A stretch of 62,924 bases of DNA, filler included, from 12 parts of 12 records of this genome joined end to end with filler, not necessarily neighbours in it; one strand, 5' to 3'; counted from the whole stretch's first letter, positions 33,226-46,488 are shown. A program made the numbers and translations. The notes: generated from the letters alone by a model not told the origin.

Positions 33226-35410
33226 TTGGCGATGGTGTTCTGCCCGATTGCTATACTTGTGCACTCGCTGCTCTGGTGGGACTTTGGCCTGCCGTGGTAT
33301 GACGCGACGACCTTCGAGGGCTACGCGAAGCTGAGCTACCTCTGTGCTGAGCGCCCGTTCATCCGCCCTGATACACGGACAATAGACGGGCGCCCGCCTC
33401 GAGGCGACGGGATTTTTGGTAGCGGCACCAGCGGGGCGGAGCTGGAGCTGCCGCCCTGGGACGGCATCAACCTCTTTGGCGGCGAGTACCTCCCCGGCGA
33501 GGAAGCGCAGCCTGAGTACGTCGCGCAGCTTTCGCATGCTTCAGTCGACGGAGGCACGGGGTATGTCTTCGACGACCACAGGATCTACCACGTCAACTAC
33601 TGCAACGACGCAGAGTTCTCTTCACCGCTGGAGGAACCGGAGTGGCCGGATGTATCGACGCATGGGAGGCTGGCCACGATCGCGGGCAAGCACAGTGGGC
33701 ACTACTTTCACTGGTTTGCCGAGGAGCTGCCGCGCTTGCTTCTCCTCGAGGAGTTCTTTGCAGCCCGGGCCCAGGCGCACGGCGACCTGGCCCTGCAGGA
33801 CGACGACGTTAAGCTGCTGCTTCCGGCGCACACCGAAGCATCGCACGGTTTTATTCGAGAGAGCCTTCGCCACCTCGGTATTCCACCGTCGCGGGTTATT
33901 TCTGCCACCGCCGGCACGCGATACTACGCGCAGGAGCTGTTCGTGCCGACCATGACATGCCTCGGGCGGCCGTCACGAGAGATGGTGGAGCGCGTTAGGG
34001 CGCGGTTTGCGCCAGCGACATTCGGTGGACCAAAACGGAGACGGATCATCCTGATCGAACGTCATCATCACTCAGCAGTGCAACAGGCCAGCTACGGTGG
34101 TGGGCTGCTTGGAGCAGTGGGAGCGGGTACTGCGCCAGCGGTCTCCAACTACCAGGAACTCAAAGCTCGACTGGCATACGAGTTCCCGGACGACGAAGTG
34201 AGCAGCTACGACGGTACAACGTCGCTGTCTCAGGCGATAGAATTGTTCTCTACGGCTAAGGTGATTATCGGACCGCATGGTGCAGGATTGGTCAACATGC
34301 TTTTTGCGCCAAACGACACCGCTGTTGTTGAGCTGCAGAGACCATCGCTTTCACTGGAGGCTCCTGTTCCTTCATCCTCATCCAGCTCCGTTGGCAGCGA
34401 AATCGGTTTCGTTGGGGTCGCTGGAGGAGGCAATAGGGCACCAAATATGAACTACTGGCACCTCGCGTCTGCGTTGAGCTTGGAGCATTGGACGCTGTTC
34501 GCGAGTCCGGACGGCGAGGCTGTCCAGGCGGGCGCCGCCTCAGCCTCAGCTGCAGTGCACGCTGCTGTGAATCCAGTGTTGCAAGTGGTGGAAGACATTC
34601 TGCTGCGGAGTGCTGGGAAGGCGGGTCCGCGTCGGCCAATGGCAGCTGGGTTGCTACGTGGCAAGGGTGACGAGGATGGGACAGAAGCGACGCTGCTCGG
34701 GCTGCTCGAGACTGATCCGGACGATACCACGGCTGGGTCGGCGAACGCTGTGGCAGCTGTAGAAGAGGATGGCGAGAGCTCAGCAACTGTGAACGAAGTG
34801 ACAGAGAAACACCTCCGTGCAGCTTTGTCGAAGCACGCCCATAAGCTGGACGGGGTGGGAGATCACGTAATGGTCATACGGGCAGATGACCTTACACTCA
34901 GCTCAGCAGCTGCAAGGGGGCGAGAGACAGTGTTAGGGGCAGAGGGCGAGCAGGGGATCCCGTGGTGCAGGCCGAGCCAGGAAGAGCATGCAACAGAGCA
35001 CGTGATTGCAAAAGAGGTGCGCTGCAGACACCTTGTATGATATCCATAGTCTTGCTCAGCCATAGGCACGCTTACCAGTGTTGTGGGAACGATCTTTCGG
35101 TCAATCGCAGGTAGCGCGATATCGCGCTGAGCATGCAGCCGAGGAGGCTGCCAAAGCTGCCTCATCTCGCGGTCTCTGGTCTTGGGTGTTGGATGATCCA
35201 TCCTACATTATCCTAGCTGTTGCTTTCGGTGCATTTTGGCGCTGGAGGCAGCGACAGGCAGAGATACGACGAGCGGGTGCAGAGGAGGCAGCGGCAGAGG
35301 CACGATTGCAAGCAGTCGAGGCGGCGGCGGCGGCGGCAGCTGGCGGGAGTGGCTCTGGGATTCACAAGGCCTCCGAAGTGAGCGCAGCAGGTGTCTTGCT
35401 ACCTATGTGA
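33226..35410 (+). CDS. Glycosyltransferase family 61 (DUF563-like), 5'-truncated, with C-terminal TM; intron 35017-35110
   Basis: GHYFHWFAEELPRL, AKVIIGPHGAGLVNMLF..TAVVEL and NYWHLASAL motifs. The spliced last exon encodes YIILAVAFGAFWRW. Confidence 0.82.
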
Positions 35411-35506
35411 CAAATACACCGTGCGTTGCTGTCTACCGCTTACCACTTGCGGCATTTATCTGCATAATTAGACTGCCCTGCACTGTCGTCAAGCCCCGCG
35501 AAAAGG

Positions 35507-36227
35507 TTACAGGTCCTTCTGAAGAATTGCCTTGATGGCCGGCTTGTCCATCTTTTTTATCGGCCCACGGTCGCCGTAGCACTGGATCGGTGCCAGCGAC
35601 CCCTTGGACGCGTCCTGACCTCGTAGTTCAAGGTACTGCTGGTGGTAGTCCTCAGCCGGCCAGAAGTTAGCGGGAGGCGTTGCTAGCAGCTCTGTGACAA
35701 CCCTCTTCCCGTCAGTCCGACTTGCTTCAAACGCTGCGATCGACAGATCAATCATACGCTTCTGCTCCATATTGTGGTAGAGGATGGCTGTGCGGTACTG
35801 GCTGCCGCAGTCGTTCCCTTGACACCGTGCATCAGTCGGGTTATGAATGGCCCAGAACAGCTGCAGCAGCTCCTCGTACCCCACGGTGCTCGGGTTGAAG
35901 GTCACCTCAACTGCCTCGGTGTGCCCGGTCCGCCCTGTCGTCACGTCCTCGTAACTAGGATTCGCCACGCTGCCGCCCGCATAACCAACCCGAGTCGCGA
36001 CCACCCCCGGTACGCGCTGGAACACCATCTCGACCGACCAGAAGCACCCCGCCGCCAGAGTGAACAGCTCCGTAACAGTGCTCTCCTCTGCGGAGCGGGC
36101 AGCAATCCATGCAGCGAAAGATGGGTGACCGGATGGCCTGCACAGACGTAGACTGATGGATGGGGCACCCAGTGGGCTCAACTCGACTGGAAGTATCCGC
36201 GTCGTTCACTGGCAGCGCTGCTTGCAT
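35507..36227 (-). CDS. msrA: Peptide methionine sulfoxide reductase A (5' exon structure uncertain)
   Basis: AAGCFWSVE, VGYAGG, NPSYEDV..GRTGHTEAV, HNPT..QGND.GSQYR and FWPAEDYHQQYL. Confidence 0.93.
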
Positions 36228-36550
36228 TGGATGTGGATTCTTTGCTTTGCTTCGCCTTGCCTTGCTTGGGTGATTGTACAGTTTGTGACCAACGGAGGAA
36301 TCTACTGGAAAAAGTATCGATGGCGACAGTATACGTATGGCAAATTGCGGCCAAACCAACAATCGAGAGATTTGCAGTATCGTCGTACCTTGTTGTTGTG
36401 CGCTTGCCGGCGAGGAGCAGAGCGACGACAGCAGCAGCAGCAGCAGCAGCNNNNNNNNNNNNNNNNNNNNNNNNNNNNNNNNNNNNNNNNNNNNTTAATT
36501 AATTAANNNNNNNNNNNNNNNNNNNNNNNNNNNNNNNNNNNNNNNNNNNN

Positions 36551-37993
36551 AGGCGCATCAAACGGTGTCGCCACATCAGCGTCAGGACTGCTCCCCACCA
36601 ACTCTCTGGCAGCCCAAAGCTTGAACTGAGTCGCCCCGCCGAAAGGCAGGAGCCAAAACAGAAAACGAAGGCCAGCAAACGGAAGGAGAATGCTACGAGG
36701 TCAAAACATTCCGTGGACTTCTCGGAGGCAGTGATGAAACGTCTCCCTTCACACAAATTCGCTGGGCGACCGTCTATCGGTGCAAAAATCATCGTGGAGT
36801 TTGACGACTGCTGCTACAAAGGCAAAGTAATATCACACTGTCGGGACAATGATGCCCTGTTTGACTGCTATTTTGAGGAGGATGGCGAAACATGGACTCT
36901 CGATGCAAACCGACATCGGTATTGTCTGGACAACATCAACATGAAGCGGGAGAAAGAGCGCCGCAAGACTGGAAGCGCTGATGCAAGTTCATCATCTCGG
37001 GCAGTAGCTAAGAAACCGTCCAAGAAGAGAAATCGCCGTCTGACGGCCGATTCTGACTCCGACGACGATGCCTTGACTTTTAAGCGCACGAAAGCTCCTG
37101 CTGTTGCCAAACGACACCGCATGTCTCCGGAGCGAGAGTCTCTCCTCGAGCGTGCCAGTAGCTCGCCCAATATCCATCGAATAATCGCGCAGAATGCCCC
37201 ACTATATAATGGCTGTAAGGTTTCATTCTATGACGATTGGCCTGGTCTTGCTTCTACGTGATATCCAATCTCACCTTCTGAATGCTGTGCTACTGGTATC
37301 GTCCTGATGTTTGCAGCAAAAGACATGTTGATCCGGAAGCTTGGTTCTCACATTTCGTCACAACAGCCGCCAGGGCACGATGTATGGGATACGAACAGCA
37401 TCGGTACAGCAATCTCGGAAATGTGCCAGTATGACATTCAACATCACAAGTGGCTGCTCAAGGAATCATTCTGCTTTTTTTTGACGAAAGCAGAGCGACG
37501 GTCGCTAGGCTACAAACGTGGTATCCTGAAGAGCGGGGCTGACAGTGGCAGCACAAGTGACTCAGATAAAGATGCAGCTAGAAGAGCCGTACAGAGTTTG
37601 ACTCTATGGCCGTCAAAACATACGCCAGGTGACGATCCTACAGACTCCAGCCCACGAAGACTAGGAGCAAGCGTGGAGACGCAACGGCGGCCATCTGCTG
37701 CTGAAAAGTCGCCTACAAAGGAACAGGACCGTATCGTCCGATGTTTGTTCCGATCGTCTGCTCCGCTTGGCTTGGATTTCCGCAAGACAGATGATGGTGA
37801 CAGCCTCAAGATCAGTTCTATCGCAACGGGTTCGTCTAGTGCATCCATACCTGGCGTGAGGGTTGGACTGATACTTCATGAAATTCAGGGGCGCCCGGTC
37901 GCAAGACCCAGCCGAGCCGAGCAGCAGCTCAAAGAACTTAGCCAGGTAGCGAAGACTCGGCCATTGGCCTTGGCATTCAGAGTACCTAGCTAG
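36551..37993 (+). CDS. 5'-truncated protein with Tudor-like and C-terminal PDZ-like domains; intron 37215-37316
   Basis: IGAKIIVEFDDCCYKGKV....FDCYFEEDGE (Tudor-like). APLGLDF...KISSIATGSSS..PGVRVGLILHEIQGRPV (PDZ-like). Confidence 0.55.
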
Positions 37994-38502
37994 GGACTCT
38001 GTACTTGCTGAGTTATGCGTACAGACATGCAGTTTTGAACGTTGTTCAACGATGCTTCGTGCAGCTCTTGCTTATCTTCGTCTCTTGCTTATCCTCGTCA
38101 TCCAGTTCGTTGCCCAAACGGCGCTCGCTATCATTTAAGGAACTTTCATCCAGCTGCCTCCTGCTACTTGTTGCTGGAGCTGATCAGCATGTTCGAAGTC
38201 GAATTTTCTCAGCGGGCCTGGTCAACTGATCGATTGATGTGATCTCTGCATAATGCCACGTGCAAGGCAAATGTCTGAGATATACATCGGAACCGAGCAC
38301 ACTCTCACTGACTTGTACGCTCAAAGAAAGGACTCGCACCGTCCTCACACTGTCCTGTAAGAATTGCGAATTCCTTTTCCAGCGGAATGGCCAGCTTGTC
38401 GCGTATGTGCATGATCAGATCGCGGAGTGAACGGCATGCGTTGTCCGTGACAGTCAAGACAGTCTGCAAGCGGCACACGGCCAAACAAATTAAAAAGCTT
38501 TC

Positions 38503-41500
38503 TCAATGCCTTCTGTTCGCCAGAGCCCACCGCTGAGGCACTGAGTTGTAAATCGGTGAACTCACGGTGTCTTTAACCAGCTCGCCCGACTCGATACATA
38601 ACCTTAAGTTGCCACTCCCACCCTTCTCAGGCAAACGCGTTGGTGAATGTGCGGCATCGATGGTTGCAGCTACAGGGCTCGGAATGTGATGAAACTGCTC
38701 TGCCAGCTCATCCAATTCTCCCTCATCTACCAGTGTTTCAGAAGGCAAGTCGCTGGAGGTTTCGGTACCATAGCGAAGCGCGCGCTGCGTAGGCAGAGCT
38801 TTCGGCGGTATTGGAGGCATATTGCTAGGGGTTACAACTGTGGGCATGCTGCCACTGAGTTCTTGAGACGACTCATCCTGCAAGATGTCGTGGAGGTCCT
38901 TGGCCCTTTGCAGCACCGTAGTAGGACCAGCGTGGTCGCCTGAATGATCGTAGTTAGACGATTCAGCGTTGATACTACCATTGTGACCTACGGTGTGGGA
39001 TGTTGTTGACCCTACCGAAGGTTCGAGCGTTTGGTTTTGTGTTTTGCGGTGCGCAATCCATGAACGAAAACATAGGCTCGCTGCAGGCAGTTGGCCGCTG
39101 TCCTGCGCGTTGTATGCAAAGTTCATCTGTTGATTCCCATCCAAAGCCAACCGCTGGAACTCTTCCTGCGCTTTCAGGTCTGTTATGGGGTAGCTGAGTG
39201 TCCGACAGCAGTGCGTGAAGTCTTTCAAATCGAGCTTGTCGCCTATGTTTGCACGTAGCTCTTCCAACTCTAGCCACCTTTCGGATAGAAAAATGTAATG
39301 AAGCAGTAGGCGCTCGAGCTGTGTGCGTTCGATTGTTGGCTCGTCTGCTGGAAGGCTAATCGAGTGATACGCAGGCCCCAAGGCGTCCGTCTGTCCATCC
39401 GGGAGAAGATCATGGACGGCTACCGAAATTAACCGTTTCTCCACGGCTTTTTCTTTGGTGATATCGTGTTTCTCACAGAAGTCATGCCACATTTGCTTCG
39501 TCAGGCCGAATCCAATTGGTTCTTCGACCAATTCCAGTAGAACCTTTCCCCTTTCGTTGCTGAAGCTCACCCAACCATGTGCACCTTGGCCTCGACACTG
39601 CCCGTCAACTGAAATCCATACGTCGTCGATCTCAATCATCTCACCTGCTTCGTAGAGATAACAAATGCTGCTCGTCTTGTCTGTGGTCTCCGTTGCAGCG
39701 GCCCGAGCACACAGTCGATAGGACCCAAGACAAGGGATTTTCTTAGCAGCTGTATTGGACTCAGCCATCGCAGGCGTTGCTTTTGCGTCGACCGCGGCTG
39801 GAGTGGTGCTTTTACTGCGCTGTACTTGAGCAGTGGGCGAACCCTTCAATTGTCGACTTGGGCTTTGCGTAGAGTTTGGCTGTGTAGCAGGTCTCGGACT
39901 GCGGTACTTCCGTTTGCTTTTGGGCGCAGTTCCAGAGGTAGTTTCATCCATTTCTGCTCTGTGCTTTTCCTCAAGCTTATGTTTCAGTGCTTCCTCTTTC
40001 TTCTGCTGTGCCTGTTGAATCCTTGTGTGTAATTCTGCATCCCGTTTGTATATCGCTGTCGCTTGCCTGATCCGTTGCGGCATGACCTTCTGTCTGGTTT
40101 TCAAGAGCTCGTCTCGCTCATCCTCCCTGTCTTTCTCCTGTTTCGCGCTCTTTTCGCGCTCCCTCTCCCGCAAATCCTGCAGCTTTTGTTTATGCTGTTC
40201 CGCATCCTGTTTGTATTTAGACGTCGCTGCCTCTTTCATTTGCCTTGAATAGGCAGTAGCCGTTTGTAACCTCTTCGCCGACTTGAGTTTTTTTTTCCGG
40301 AATTCTTCTTCCTGCAGGTCTTTCTCTTTTCGGAGTCCCTGCAGGTTCTGTTTCCTGAGTGTGATGCTCTTTTCAGTTCGCTCAATAAACGCTTCGGTTG
40401 TACGCTTTGGTTGTGGAACCTGTTTGATGGCGTCGATAGCCTCTTGCGTAAGCTGCCAACAGCGGCAGCGCTGATCTTCTGCTGCTTTCACGCATGGTGA
40501 CACTCCTTCCGTTCTACCAACCCACCCCCCAAACCACTCCCCGGTCTCGATTGTACGATCCCACGTGCCCTTGCCTGTAGTGGCTTCTACAATACCATCG
40601 GCCACGTAAAACAGCGAACCAACATCGCCCTGAGCAATGATTGTATCACCACCCTGAAATTTCCGTTCTTCCAGAGCGTTTGCGAGGGCCAGGATCGTTT
40701 TGGTGCCTTTATCGCTTTCTCTCTGCTGTGCAGCCTTTTCGATTCTTGGATTAGCAGCTAAACTAGTCATAGTGTCCTTCAGCTCGGGGAATGGAGGATG
40801 GTGTGCAAGCAGGCTTCGCACCACAGCTTCTCGCTTCACCAATTGTTCGATTTCCTTCACAGAGTCCTCGGTAATGCGTAGGAGCTTGAGTGATCCATGA
40901 GCTCGCATTCCAGAAGTACGCTCTGATTTTTGTTGCGCCAGGTTTCCAAACCACACATCGCGTGGCAGTGTATCATCAGCTACTTCTGCATGCTCAACGA
41001 AGTGAAGTGCGCTGATCTCCTCTCTCTCAGCGCTGCTACCAGAGACTTCAATAATTTCAATCTTAGAAAACAGCTGCAGCTGAAGCGCTGGTGGTATGCG
41101 TATATGTTGCAGCTCTGCTAAAAGACTTTGCGCCGTGCTTCTTCTGATGCATCGCAATTTTTTGAGGGAGGGGGCGTCAGCTCTCGGCAGCCATTCGTGG
41201 CTGATCCACCCTCCTTTGGATCCATCTCTAGTGATCCGAAGCCGGTCGTGCTCACCATCTTGCGGTACAACACAGAAAACATCACCCGGGGACAGCATTC
41301 CTACTGGCGTTGAGTCGCGCGGATGACAATGTACTTTAGTCGCGCGGATGGCTTGCCATTGAGGTCGGTACAATCTATCGACGAAGTTCGAGGGGGGATT
41401 CGTCATACTGCGGCGCTTTTTTATTGTTGGCGTGAATGTAGCTGCTTCTGTCTGCTCCTTCTGCTCCTTTTCCTTTTGTGCAGCTTTCGCTCTCTCAACC

Positions 41501-42233
41501 TTTTGCTGCCTCTCCCTCTCGAATTTCAACAATTGTTCCTGATGTCGTTTTGTGCTCTTCTTTCTGTCTTTTTTGTATTCTTTTTGGAGCTGTTCGTTTC
41601 GACGGTAGCACTCAGATCGCTCGTCTTGTAGCTCTGACTGCAGCATTGTCGATGCCTCAAGCGTATGGACAGCTCCTTCTGATAAAGGTTTTGATTTTTC
41701 CAGGAGACTAACTTCCTGTTGTATTCTCTCAATCTGTTCATCGATTTCCTGTACTCGTTTCCAGAGGCCAACCCCTATATCTTTACGAGCTTGTTGTTCC
41801 GAGCGTGGTCGCGGCCGGTCGTCGCGAAATGTTTCGCCACGGGCCTCTGTATGACCGTATGTATTGCACCAGGCAAACTCTGGTTCGACGTCTCTGACAC
41901 TTCTCGCTTTCATTGGGCGAGGAGTAGCAAGGCGTTCAAGCAACTCGCTGCGGCTGAGATTTTGTCGTGCACTTGATGCTGGGACGCGTGAAGGCTTGGC
42001 CTTGGCCTGTTTGGGTCCATCAACCTGTTCACCAAGCACCTCAGAATGCGGACGAGAATAAGCCTGGGTAGCCTGGCGCATTATGTCCGACCGCAACGGT
42101 ACCGCCTCGGTTTCGTGGGTTGGGACTGTCTCAGTTTGGTTTGGGGTGCTGCTCGCAGTCGGTGATGTAACATGGAGTACTGCTGTCTCTAGCGATAGTT
42201 CTTGCTGATGTGGCGACACCGTTTGATGCGCCT
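38503..42233 (-). CDS. Large coiled-coil protein (5'-truncated) with degenerate cNMP-binding domain and two SH3b-like domains
   Basis: 1238-aa open frame. FQGGDTIIAQGDVGSLFYVADGIVE..IETGEWFG (cNMP fold). GMLSPGDVF..GGWIS and YEAGEMIEID..GWVSF (SH3-like). Long K/E/Q coils. Confidence 0.65.
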
Positions 42234-42333
42234 NNNNNNNNNNNNNNNNNNNNNNNNNNNNNNNNNNNNNNNNNNNNTTAATTAATTAANNNNNNNNNNN
42301 NNNNNNNNNNNNNNNNNNNNNNNNNNNNNNNNN

Positions 42334-44274
42334 GGCGGCGGCGGCGGCGGCGGCGGCGGGAGCCACGCTGCAGCAGTTGCAATCTCGTGTCCGGCTACGC
42401 ACGCTGGGATGCAGCCGACCCAAGGAACCCTCACTCGACGATGCATTGAAAGCACTATCAGTGTCGAAGGAGGCATATGGTCACCCATGGACGGCAGCTG
42501 CACGAGGTCTGTCTGCAAGCGTTTGACACACTTTCTTGAGGGGTATTCGATGGCACTGCGGTCGGGGACTGATGCAGCAACACAGCTCGCGTCTGATCAC
42601 CACGCCCTGCATTTCCCTGAAACAGCTTCAGGCAGTGGTATAGTAGCGCTTCGCTGCCCCGTTGAACATTATTCAGGCACAATTAGCATGACTTGCAACG
42701 AAAGCGCTGAATGGTCAAATACGGTCGGACAGTGTGAGTGGATGCACTGTGCGAGCCGTTTGTACAACGCTGGCACTACTGAACGACCAGCAGTAGTAAC
42801 ATTGCCGGACTTGAGCGTAGGCGACACAGTGTCATTGTCCTGCTGCTCTAAGTTCACTGCTGCTGGTGGTTGCGCTGAGCCAGCCGATGGCATTGGTGTA
42901 GTCACCACAACGTGTATCAGAGACAGGGATGGTGGATATACGTTCAATACCTCAGGACAGTGTGTACCGAGCACAAGCTTTCGCCTTGGACTGACGGCCT
43001 CCACTCCCACGGGCAAGAACGGTACCGATCTGCTGAGACAGCTTTGGTCACAGTTTTCTTCAGGAATGGCCACCCGCATATCGAACACAACAAGAGGGGC
43101 GTGGACATTGCCATCTGATGGTATGCTTGGCGTGCTGAATCTGCGCCGAGGCAATGAGTGGGGAACGGTTGCAACTCGCCCGGTCTACGCGTCGTCACCT
43201 GAAGGTTCCCTTAGGACAAGAAAGAATGCTCACGTAGAGTCGAGCAGTCGGGCAGTTGCAGCCGGCAATGTGGCGTGTCGAGAGCTCGGTTTTGCCGGCG
43301 CAAGTGTGGTAACAAACTGTCAGGCCATCACCAACCTTATTAAGAACAACAAAGGAGTCATTCCTGGGGCGGAAAGGTTGCTGTCTGCATTGTGCTCGCG
43401 CGAAGCAGGTCCAGTGTGGCTCGAAATCTCTGCGGCTTGGGATAACGACATATCTCATTTTCCAGAAGCAGAATGGCTGCCTGCTGTACCAGCTAATACC
43501 AATGGGCCGCTGTTCCGCGGCCCGCCCCCATGGCTACCCTCTGTGGATCAACCGTCATGGTGCATTGGGGACGAGATGGATGGTAAACACACACCACGTG
43601 GCACAGAGTGTGATCTTGACAGTGGCAATAGGAGTGGCGTCTGCACGAATGCTTTAGCCAATCACACAGCCGGTACCCTGGCGAGATGCGTGCAATTTGA
43701 TCTCTACAAACACCCAAATGGACCAGATTCAAGGGTCGTACAGAAGAGGGCTGGAAGGGACAAGAGCATTCCACACAACAATTATCACCTAGTATTAGGC
43801 TGTACCGGCTGGGGTGAGGCGATACCATCGTACCCACTTGTTGACGGTGCAATGAGGCAGCCTGGCCGCAGTGGTGGACCAGGTGGAGGCACGTGGGTTG
43901 TTGGGGACGGACTGGGGGCGTATAGTCACGATGACGTGAGCATGCCCAAGATTTTCTCCGATACGCAGCCGCATCTGTGTCGTTTTCACGACAACTGGCA
44001 CAGCAACAGCACATACACATCTATGGCTCGCTTGGAGCTGGCGAGCTCTGCATTCTATAACGTCGACGAAGAAGTCGATCCCGATGGCACTGAGCTGCAA
44101 TGGCGCGACGACAACTTCACCTACCCTGGCATGCCGGGAGTATGCATAGATGGTTGCCCACAAGCCATGGTTGAGGCCGGGGAGGTCCAATATTGTGCTG
44201 ATTATGATCACCTACCAAGGTGGTGGTGTAACCTCAACTGCATGGTGGCGGCCAGACCGCAGGAAGCGGAATGA
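42334..44274 (+). CDS. 5'-truncated Cys-rich extracellular protein with sushi-like repeats and an SRCR-like domain
   Basis: CP..YSG.I...C.....W....G.C repeats. GVLNLRRGNEWGTV...AGNVACRELGF...GPVWLE match the SRCR consensus. Confidence 0.6.
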   Translation, partial: GGGGGGGGGSHAAAVAISCPATHAGMQPTQGTLTRRCIESTISVEGGIWSPMDGSCTRSVCKRLTHFLEGYSMALRSGTDAATQLASDHHALHFPETASGSGIVALRCPVEHYSGTISMTCNESAEWSNTVGQCEWMHCASRLYNAGTTERPAVVTLPDLSVGDTVSLSCCSKFTAAGGCAEPADGIGVVTTTCIRDRDGGYTFNTSGQCVPSTSFRLGLTASTPTGKNGTDLLRQLWSQFSSGMATRISNTTRGAWTLPSDGMLGVLNLRRGNEWGTVATRPVYASSPEGSLRTRKNAHVESSSRAVAAGNVACRELGFAGASVVTNCQAITNLIKNNKGVIPGAERLLSALCSREAGPVWLEISAAWDNDISHFPEAEWLPAVPANTNGPLFRGPPPWLPSVDQPSWCIGDEMDGKHTPRGTECDLDSGNRSGVCTNALANHTAGTLARCVQFDLYKHPNGPDSRVVQKRAGRDKSIPHNNYHLVLGCTGWGEAIPSYPLVDGAMRQPGRSGGPGGGTWVVGDGLGAYSHDDVSMPKIFSDTQPHLCRFHDNWHSNSTYTSMARLELASSAFYNVDEEVDPDGTELQWRDDNFTYPGMPGVCIDGCPQAMVEAGEVQYCADYDHLPRWWCNLNCMVAARPQEAE

Positions 44275-44805
44275 GAGCAGCGGTCACTCCTCGAAGCGGC
44301 ATGAGAGCGTTGGCCGAAACAAGAAGAGAGCCACGAAGAGGGAAGAACGAGAGCCCCAAAGAGAGAAGTGGCGGAAGCTCCAGTAGAGTTGGCCTTCAAT
44401 ACAATACTCGTACCCCACCTGTCTCTAGCGTTCCGACTCTCGCTGTCTCTTCTGCGCTTTGAGGGTGGCGATGATCGTTGCTCTGGAGGTCTTCGCCAGG
44501 GGCGCTGCCACGAGTCGCCTTCTCCGGACACTTGTGCAGGCTAACCTGGAACCGACTCGACCATAGCCTCGAATACCCCGGGGGTAAGTCTGAGAGTGAG
44601 CGCGTATGCAACGATCGGCGTTAAGTGTGCAGGCTTGTTTGGTCATAACTTGGGGTCGTTTTTACTGATATCCCCATCGCAGGCTAAGATGAGCAGCTGT
44701 GTGTTGTGTGGTTTCTATAGCCACCATGCGAAGGTAGGCCGTATCATCACTTCCGTACATTACGCGAAGCAGTCCCGTACGTTCAGACCCTCTTGTACTA
44801 ATGCT

Positions 44806-45769
44806 CTAATGGAAGAGATGAGGTAGTGCAGTAGGCAGGTCGAGAATAGACCCGATGACGTAGTCAGCATCGGCGCATTGCATAGCGTCCTTTCCGTCCC
44901 GGCTCTGTCGGCCGCACAGAACCGTCGTCCAGCCAGCCTTCTTGGCCGCCTTCATGTTTCCCCAGGAATCGTCCACCAGGATGCATGAGGATGCGTTGCA
45001 CGCACGCGTAATCTTCTCGGCAGCTCTGTAACTCGATGTCTCGTACCTGCTCTCGAAGACAGCATCAGCATCAGGATTAGGAGCAACAGTAGCCGCAGCG
45101 CGCGCAACCTTGAGCTCTGACGTTCAGGGTGGAGCTGATTGTTGGATCCAGCCCAGACTTTGCCGGAGTAGCTACTTGGTGGTGTAACCGACTGCCCGCA
45201 CGTCGATGATGGGCCGGTTCGGAAGTACATCTGAGATACCGAGAGCATCGAGGCAGCGCTCCGCATGATCAGAGACAGACGCAGTGTACACCCATGGGCT
45301 GCATACGCTCAGATCAATCGTTTCTAGCATCCTGCGTAGCGCTGGATCTGGCTTAATGCAGTCGTCGAGGCGGATGTCGTGTACAGCCCGAAGAAAGTCT
45401 TCCCTATCGTGAGCTATACCCTCCTTTTCGAGACCTCGTAGGCAGGTGCCATGTTTCTTGTAGAGTTGGTACGGTTCGCCATCGGGAAGTCCGAGATTTT
45501 CCGCACAGTATTTGCCGATCGAATCCGTGATGCGCTGGGCTACCACCCAATCATTGGTATACAGCGTGTCATCTGCGAGCAGTCGAGCGGCCAGGCATGC
45601 TGAGAACCGAGGCACCCAGCAGTTCTGTGGCTACGCGGCGGCCAGCAGCGCGCGCACCGCAATCTAAGAAAAGCGTCGTGGTAGCTGATGGCTTCTGTCG
45701 CGCGCTGCAGCAGTACAGAGCCACGCCAGCTGCCGCGACGGCGCCCACTGCCGCTGCTGGGGTGTCCAT
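44806..45769 (-). CDS. HAD-superfamily pyrimidine 5'-nucleotidase (SDT1/PHM8-like); introns 45657-45573 and starting 45175
   Basis: Spliced motif I FLDCDDTLY, LYKKHGTCLRGL, IKPDPALRRML, motif IV LVDDSWGNMKAAKKAGWTTVL and end SILDLPTALPHLF. Confidence 0.88.
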
Positions 45770-46488
45770 CTGCTGCTGTTGCTGCTGCGTCGCCCCTGGC
45801 GCTCGTCCCGCGTGGACGGCTGGACGCGGCCGCCGGCCGGCGCGCGGGAAATTGCCGCGCCGACTCAACACCTGCTGACCAGCGCGCGCGCGCGCGGTGT
45901 CGATGGTACGATCGAATTGTACATGTAGCATGTAGGACAGTAGGCTCACAATATTGTACCGGTAGTATGAAAACTCGAACAAATATGCAGAAAACAAGTA
46001 CGACTTGCTACGACCGGAAGCGTCGCAGGCACCAATCTGAAACGGCTTTCGGTTTCTTTGGCCGTCGACGCCCGGCATGTGTGGCTCTCGATGTCCTGAG
46101 CGTCTGGCTGCCTGCTGGGAGTAATGCCAGGGCTGCCTGCCATGCGTCACGAATGTGTCCCCATCCGTGCGTGGCCGATGAGGGGATGTCGCCATGGAAG
46201 TCGGTCCATTCCGACGCTTGGTGTGATAGATCGCCCCACACTAGCACGCATGCGCGATGTTACATTCTCGTACGGTCTAATCAGTCCTACTCATGAAGAC
46301 CGGATGGCTCGAAGGAGCAGTGGCGCGCTTTTTTCCTCGACCTCTGGAGGGTTGGCAAGCCTCGCGTGGACTGTGTGCTCACGCCACGTCAAGCGTTCGC
46401 GGCCCTGTCAAAGAAGTTCGGATCCGACGTTGGGAAAAAATGTGTGTACACGACAAGTGCATTTGACCAAATTTGAAAGCATCTCGCA

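Noticed and set aside
35507-36227. Selenocysteine MsrA
   Set aside because: The catalytic codon is TGC (GCFW); there is no in-frame TGA.
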